DNA of 64,000 nucleotides, taken from the NCBI GenBank assembly GCA_965204535.1, contig OZ241996.1, forward strand, positions 928,001-992,000, written 5' to 3'. A program made the translations under genes and the position numbers. This document shows, one piece after another, positions 58,976 to 64,000 of the stretch; positions within the stretch are counted from its first letter, which is position 1; every line of letters begins with the position of its first letter. The stretch comes from a bacterium (GTDB lineage: Bacteria > UBA8248). Below the pieces are notes generated by a model, which saw only the letters and a program-made list of their open reading frames with translations, was not told the origin of the DNA and searched no databases.

Positions 58976-60292
58976 CGGAAGCGGGAAACGCCGCCGGGCG
59001 AAATCCCGGGCCTCCTCCCCGGTGGAGATGCGGCCTTCGAGCTGCTCGTCCTCTATCGCGGTGAGGATCTCGCCCAGCCCGGGACCCGGCGGGTAGCCCA
59101 TCGCCATGAGTTCGCGGCCGTCGAGCAGGCGCGGCGGGCGCAGGCCTTCTTCTTGAATTTCCCGGAGTTTCCGCGCGCAGAATTCATGGGTCCGCAGATT
59201 CCCGTGGCTCGCGAGGCAGTCGACCCGGTGGAGTTCGAGCAGTTCCTCGAAATACGGCTCGCGCAGGAAGCGCTTGAGGCGGCTCTCGCGCATCTTCTCG
59301 ACGTGCATGAAGCGCATGTGGTTGGCGACCAGGTCGCGGATTCTCGCCGCGCGCGCTTTGGGCATGCGGAGCCTCCCGCAGACCTCTTCGCTCATCGCCG
59401 CGCCGGCCTTGTCGTGCCCGTTGAAGCGGATCCTGTCCGTCTCGGTATACGTCGCCGGTTTCCCCACGTCGTGGAGCAGTATGCCCCAGGCGAGCGCCGG
59501 CGAGGCGGAGCGTTTCTTGATGCGCAGCATGGCGAGCACGTGCGTCCACACGTCGCCCTCGGGGTGGAATTCCGGCGGCTGCGCCACCCCGCGCATGGCG
59601 GCGACTTCGGGCAGGACGTGTTCCAGGAGGCCCGTGGAACCCAAGGCGGCGAAAGCGGCGTCGGCGTTTTCCCCGGTCAGTATCGCCGTCAGCTCGTCGC
59701 GGATTCTCTCCGGGCTGATTTTCCCGATGCGCCCCGCACCCGCTTCGATGGCGGCGGCGGTCGCCGGCTCGATCGCGAAGCCGAACCTCGCCGAGAAGCG
59801 AACCGCCCGCATCATCCGCAGGTGGTCTTCGCCGAATCTCAAGGCCGGCTCGCCGATGGCGCGGATGATCCCCTCGTCCAGGTCGCGCCGGCCGCCCACG
59901 TAATCGAGGAGCTGGTTATGCGACACGTCGTAAAACATCCCGTTGATGGTGAAATCGCGCCGGCTCGCGTCGCCCTTTTCATCGGAGGGGCGAACCGAGT
60001 CGGGGCGCCTCCCGTCGCCGTAGGGGCCGTCTTCGCGGAACTGCGCCACCTCGAACTCCCGGTCGTCCACCCGCACGCGCACCACGCCGAACTGCGCTCC
60101 CACCGCGACGGTTTTCTCGAAGAGGCCCCCCACGGCTTCGGGCGCCGCGTCCGTGGCGATGTCCCAGTCCTTCGGCTCGTGGCCGAGCAGGGCGTCGCGC
60201 ACGCACCCGCCCGCCAGGAGCGCGCGGTGGCCCGCCGCTTCCAGGGTCCGGATAATCCGAATCGCCGCATCGGGCGGCCGTATGTTCAACAT
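58964..60292 (-). CDS. cca: CCA-type tRNA nucleotidyltransferase with HD domain
   Basis: GGCVRD, DWDIAT, RRDFTIN, EDHLRMMRAVRF, HPEGDVWTH, LLHDVGKP; CC-, A- or CCA-adding specificity not determined. Confidence 0.88.
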   Translation of the reverse strand: MLNIRPPDAAIRIIRTLEAAGHRALLAGGCVRDALLGHEPKDWDIATDAAPEAVGGLFEKTVAVGAQFGVVRVRVDDREFEVAQFREDGPYGDGRRPDSVRPSDEKGDASRRDFTINGMFYDVSHNQLLDYVGGRRDLDEGIIRAIGEPALRFGEDHLRMMRAVRFSARFGFAIEPATAAAIEAGAGRIGKISPERIRDELTAILTGENADAAFAALGSTGLLEHVLPEVAAMRGVAQPPEFHPEGDVWTHVLAMLRIKKRSASPALAWGILLHDVGKPATYTETDRIRFNGHDKAGAAMSEEVCGRLRMPKARAARIRDLVANHMRFMHVEKMRESRLKRFLREPYFEELLELHRVDCLASHGNLRTHEFCARKLREIQEEGLRPPRLLDGRELMAMGYPPGPGLGEILTAIEDEQLEGRISTGEEARDFARRRFPLPGGC

Positions 60293-60429
60293 CGTCACCC
60301 CGCCGTGGTTGAAATGCCGGAACCTCGATACTACGATAGGCCCAATTCCGGGCGCGGGCAAACCCTCGTTCGGGGAGCCGCCCGCCCGTTCCAGAGCCGC
60401 CCGCCCGCGCATTGATTGCTGGAGGAGCA

Positions 60430-61446
60430 ATGGCGTCCCGTTTCGCGAGAATACTCGTTTTTTTCGTCGTTTTCCCGGCGTCGGCGAACCTCGCTCATGG
60501 CGCTTCGCTGGATGAGAAATCGATTGACGCAGGGCTCGAACAGGTCGCCGCGGGCGATTATTCCGCGGCGTCTGATGCGTTCGACCGGGTGATAGCGTCC
60601 GCGCCCGGGCGTCCCGAGGGATATTTCTTCAAGGCGTCGGTTTTCCATATCCTGAAAAGCCATATCCGGCGGGAGGACTATCAGGAGACCTGGCGGGAAA
60701 ACGCCGAGAAGGCGCTGGCCCTCTCCGAGGCGTTGCTGGAGAAAAACCCCGAAGACGCGAGAGCGCTCCTCCTCGCCGGTCTGACGGAGGGCATGCGCAT
60801 CGTCGATGCGCTCGATAACAGTAGCTATCTCACCGCGTTCCTGCGGGCGGGCGCGATGCAGAATCATCTCGAAAAAGCGGTCGAACTGGAGCCGAAACTC
60901 TATGACGCCTACTACGGGCTGGGGGTTTACCACATCCGGGGCAGCACCGAGAGCTGGGTCAGGATGTTCCGGTTTTTCATCGGCGATACGAGTGCGAAGG
61001 GCAGAGCCTATCTGCGACGCGCGGTGGACGGGAAAGGCTGGATATCCAACACGGCGCGGCTGGCCCTCATCTGGGCGCAGTTGCGGGCGGAGAAATTCAA
61101 GGAGGCGAGAGGGGACGTCGAGTACCTGCGCGCGCGCTATCCCCAAAACGTCTTGTACGAGGTCGCCCATGCGGAGAGCTTTTTCCTCGCCGAGGATTAC
61201 CCGCGCGCGCGGGCGGAATATGCGAAGTTGACGGCCCGGTTGAAACAGGCGGAAGACGAGATTTCGAGCCTGTACCGCGAATTTTCAAAATGGCGGGTCA
61301 TTCGCTGTGATTACGCCTTGGGCAAACACCAGGACGTGGAGGAGGAAACCAGGGAGTTGCTCACCGAAAAACACATGTACGCCTCCCTGATGGAGCAGAT
61401 TCGTCTGGAACTGGAATCCGCGTCCGGTGTGTTGAAAGAGAAATGA
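60430..61446 (+). CDS. Secreted TPR-like protein
   Basis: Signal peptide; LEKAVELEP..YDAYYGLG TPR pattern; GGAGG RBS. Confidence 0.75.
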   Translation: MASRFARILVFFVVFPASANLAHGASLDEKSIDAGLEQVAAGDYSAASDAFDRVIASAPGRPEGYFFKASVFHILKSHIRREDYQETWRENAEKALALSEALLEKNPEDARALLLAGLTEGMRIVDALDNSSYLTAFLRAGAMQNHLEKAVELEPKLYDAYYGLGVYHIRGSTESWVRMFRFFIGDTSAKGRAYLRRAVDGKGWISNTARLALIWAQLRAEKFKEARGDVEYLRARYPQNVLYEVAHAESFFLAEDYPRARAEYAKLTARLKQAEDEISSLYREFSKWRVIRCDYALGKHQDVEEETRELLTEKHMYASLMEQIRLELESASGVLKEK

Positions 61447-62297
61447 TGCGCTATTCGAAAGTGCGGGGCGGCCTGGCGGCTTTCCTGACCATTGTAGCGA
61501 TTTCCCTGCATGCGGGTTTCGCGTGGTCCGCTCCCGTCAGCGTGGATCTGGAGCTCGTCCTGGCCGTCGACGTTTCCGGCAGCGTGGACGAGGTGGAGGG
61601 GAGGCTCCAGCGGATGGGGTATGTGAACGCCTTCCGCTCCCCTGCTGTCTTGCGCGCCATCCAGTCCGGCAGGCGCAAAAGCATTGCGGTCACCTACGTG
61701 GAGTGGGCCGGCTTCGATTTTCAGCGAGTCGTGGTGGGCTGGAAGCGGATTCACGACGGCGCGAGCGCCGAGGCGTTCGCTTACCTGCTCTCTCAGGCGC
61801 CGATAGGGGTGGGGCCCTACACGTCTATCAGCGGCGCGATAGAATTCGCGCTGCCGCTGTTCGAGAACAACGGGTTCACGAGTGAGCGCCGCACCATCGA
61901 CATATCCGGGGACGGGCCGAACAACAGCGGGGACTACGTGACGAATGCGCGGGACAGGGCCGTACGGGCCGGCGTGACGATAAACGGGCTTCCGATCGTG
62001 AACAACCGGCCGAGTCCCTGGGGAAGAATGCCGATGCCGAACCTGGATCTGTATTACAGAAAATGCGTCATCGGGGGCAGGCGCTCTTTCCTGGTGGTCG
62101 CGAATGACTTCAAGTCTTTCGGTCGCGCCATCCGCAGGAAACTGATTCTGGAGATTGTCGGCCTGCCGGGGAGAGAGGGGCGGCAACAGGCGCATGACCG
62201 GCGCCGGCCGAAGGAAGGCCCGGTTCTGGTGTCGAGGGCGGCCCCGCCGTGTGACGCCGGCGAGAAGCGGCGCAGAAGCTGGACGGATGAGTATTAA
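61443..62297 (+). CDS. DUF1194 (vWA-like) protein
   Basis: VDLELVLAVDVSGSVD MIDAS motif, IDISGDGPNN, AIRRKLILEI. Confidence 0.9.
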   Translation: MMRYSKVRGGLAAFLTIVAISLHAGFAWSAPVSVDLELVLAVDVSGSVDEVEGRLQRMGYVNAFRSPAVLRAIQSGRRKSIAVTYVEWAGFDFQRVVVGWKRIHDGASAEAFAYLLSQAPIGVGPYTSISGAIEFALPLFENNGFTSERRTIDISGDGPNNSGDYVTNARDRAVRAGVTINGLPIVNNRPSPWGRMPMPNLDLYYRKCVIGGRRSFLVVANDFKSFGRAIRRKLILEIVGLPGREGRQQAHDRRRPKEGPVLVSRAAPPCDAGEKRRRSWTDEY

Positions 62298-62391
62298 ATT
62301 TTCACGTATGCCTGATAAAGTATGAGGCGGGATATTCTAATCGTTCGATAATTTTCGGACTGTTTCTCAAAACCGAGGAGTGAAAATTCTG

Positions 62392-63366
62392 ATGAAAGCG
62401 GTGCGCGTGCATGAATTCAACATGGATGTCCCCATGCGGGTGGACGAGGTGGAAGACGCACGGCCGGCGCCCGGCGAGGTGCTGGTAAAAGCCGGCGCAG
62501 TCGGCGTGAACCCGGTGGACCTGGCGATACGGGCCGCCAAGCACCCTTACGCCAAACTGGTGACGCCCCCTTATGTTCCGGGCGCCGAGGCGGCGGGAGA
62601 GATCATCGCCCTGGGCGAGGGCGTGGAGGGCTGGCGGATCGGGCAGCGGGTGTATGGCCGCGCCATGGGGGGAAGCTACGCCGAGAACGTGCGGCTCGTC
62701 GCCGACGCCACGGCGGAACTGCCCGAAGCCTACTCTTATGAAGAGGGGGCCTGCATCACGGTGGCGTTCTACACGGCCTGGAACGCGCTCGTCATCAAGG
62801 CGCAGGCGGGACCCGGCGAGACGGTGCTGGTGCAAGGCGGCGCCGGTGGCGTCGGGATGGCGGCGATTCAACTCGCCAAGCGGCTGGGCTGCCGCGTTTT
62901 CGCGACGGTGAGTTCCGATGCGAAGGCGCAATTCTGCAAGGAAATGGGCGCGGACGAGACGATCAACTACCGCGAGGAGGATTTCGCCGAGCGCTGCATG
63001 GAGCTCACCGGCGGGCGCGGGGTCGACGTCGTCGTCGAGCTTTGCGCCTGCGATAATTTCGACAAGGACCTGGACGCCATCCGCGTGGACGGGAAAATCA
63101 TCGTTATCGGCACGGGCACGGGCAAGGGGCCGGGCGCGGAATTCCGGGTGCCCGCGGTCATGACGAAAGACGCGGTGGTGCTGGGGCTGGCCGTGGTGAA
63201 CCTGTTTCCGAAAATGCCGGAGCTGGTGCGCCGCTTCACGCCCCTGCTGCGCGAGGGCGCGTTCCGAGTCAACGTCGATAAGGCGTCTAGTTTCGAAGAA
63301 GCGAACGAAGCGCATGATTACGTTCTGGATGGTCAGTTTCTGGGCAAGGTCGTCCTGGTCCCGTAG
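62392..63366 (+). CDS. NADPH:quinone oxidoreductase (MDR)
   Basis: GVNPVD, QGGAGGVG, GKVVL. Confidence 0.9.
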   Translation: MKAVRVHEFNMDVPMRVDEVEDARPAPGEVLVKAGAVGVNPVDLAIRAAKHPYAKLVTPPYVPGAEAAGEIIALGEGVEGWRIGQRVYGRAMGGSYAENVRLVADATAELPEAYSYEEGACITVAFYTAWNALVIKAQAGPGETVLVQGGAGGVGMAAIQLAKRLGCRVFATVSSDAKAQFCKEMGADETINYREEDFAERCMELTGGRGVDVVVELCACDNFDKDLDAIRVDGKIIVIGTGTGKGPGAEFRVPAVMTKDAVVLGLAVVNLFPKMPELVRRFTPLLREGAFRVNVDKASSFEEANEAHDYVLDGQFLGKVVLVP

Positions 63367-63396
63367 CTGCGGGCCAAGGCGTAAAAGGAGAATGCG

Positions 63397-64000
63397 ATGA
63401 AAGCAGTACGAGTAACGCGGTTCGGGCTCGATCATCCCATGGAGTTGGAGGAGGTGCCGGAGCCCGAACCCGGGCCGGGTGAGATGCTGGTGCGGATAGC
63501 GGCGGCCGGGGTGAACCCTCTGGAAGTCGCCATTCGCTCGGGGAATCACCCGCGCGCGGGGGCGATGACGCTGCCTTATACGTGCGGTACGGACGTCGCC
63601 GGCGAAGTGGAAGCGGTGGGCGAGGGCGTCGAGGCGTTCGAGCCGGGCGACCGGGTGTGGGGCCGCGCCTCCACCGGGGCGTACGCCGAGAAAGGATTGC
63701 TGCCCGCTGGCTCTACGGGCAAGCTGCCGGATTCGATGTCTTCTGCGGAGGGGGCCGCGCTGCCCATCCCGCTCCTTACGGCCTGGAACGCCCTGGTCGT
63801 GAAGGGAGAGGCGGCTCCGGGCGATTGCGTGCTCGTGCAGGGGGGAGCCGGCGGCGTGGGCTATCTGGCGATCCAGCTTGCCCGCACGTTAGGCTGCCGG
63901 GTGTTCACGACGGTCAGTTCCAAGGAAAAAGCGGATTTCTGTCTTGGAGGGGGCGCCGAGGCGGCCATCAACTACAGGGAAGAAGACGTGCCCGAGCGTG
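63397..64000 (+). CDS. NADPH:quinone oxidoreductase paralogue (partial, runs off window)
   Basis: AGGAG RBS; MKAVRV, GVNPLE, QGGAGGVG; no stop before window end. Confidence 0.88.
   Translation, partial: MKAVRVTRFGLDHPMELEEVPEPEPGPGEMLVRIAAAGVNPLEVAIRSGNHPRAGAMTLPYTCGTDVAGEVEAVGEGVEAFEPGDRVWGRASTGAYAEKGLLPAGSTGKLPDSMSSAEGAALPIPLLTAWNALVVKGEAAPGDCVLVQGGAGGVGYLAIQLARTLGCRVFTTVSSKEKADFCLGGGAEAAINYREEDVPER

Noticed and set aside
678-63549. Long antisense or shifted-frame ORFs (e.g. 678..2003, 2877..4631, 18731..20863, 43219..45054, 62302..63549)
   Set aside because: Shadow ORFs of high-GC genes that overlap well-supported CDSs

Overview
High-GC bacterial chromosomal window, mostly accessory catabolic and transport genes: TRAP, TAXI-TRAP, Liv-type ABC and BMP-type ABC transporters; tandem acyl-CoA synthetase, MBL-hydrolase and quinone-oxidoreductase paralogues; a citrate synthase/aconitase/PrpF operon; and a cyanuric-acid-hydrolase + FdrA/DUF1116 + carbamate kinase + cyclase cluster. 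It also holds pyrR, a CCA-type tRNA nucleotidyltransferase, TA genes, one complete IS1182-family element with a 16-bp target duplication, and a REP-associated tyrosine transposase (RAYT). Most large intergenic gaps are nested mosaics of several palindromic repeat families. Top observations: (1) a ~750-bp leader before a TbpB-like lipoprotein built from repeated hairpins, each pairing a copy of the gene's own ribosome-binding region with an anti-SD arm; (2) a RAYT carrying an in-frame REP pair, with nearby dispersed REPINs that look like internal-deletion derivatives of its 3' half; (3) a possible ATP-yielding, phosphorolytic cyanurate pathway; (4) MITE-like ends nested with other palindrome families. 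All calls come from reading motifs by eye; no database search or RNA folding was run. No tRNA, rRNA or CRISPR array was seen.
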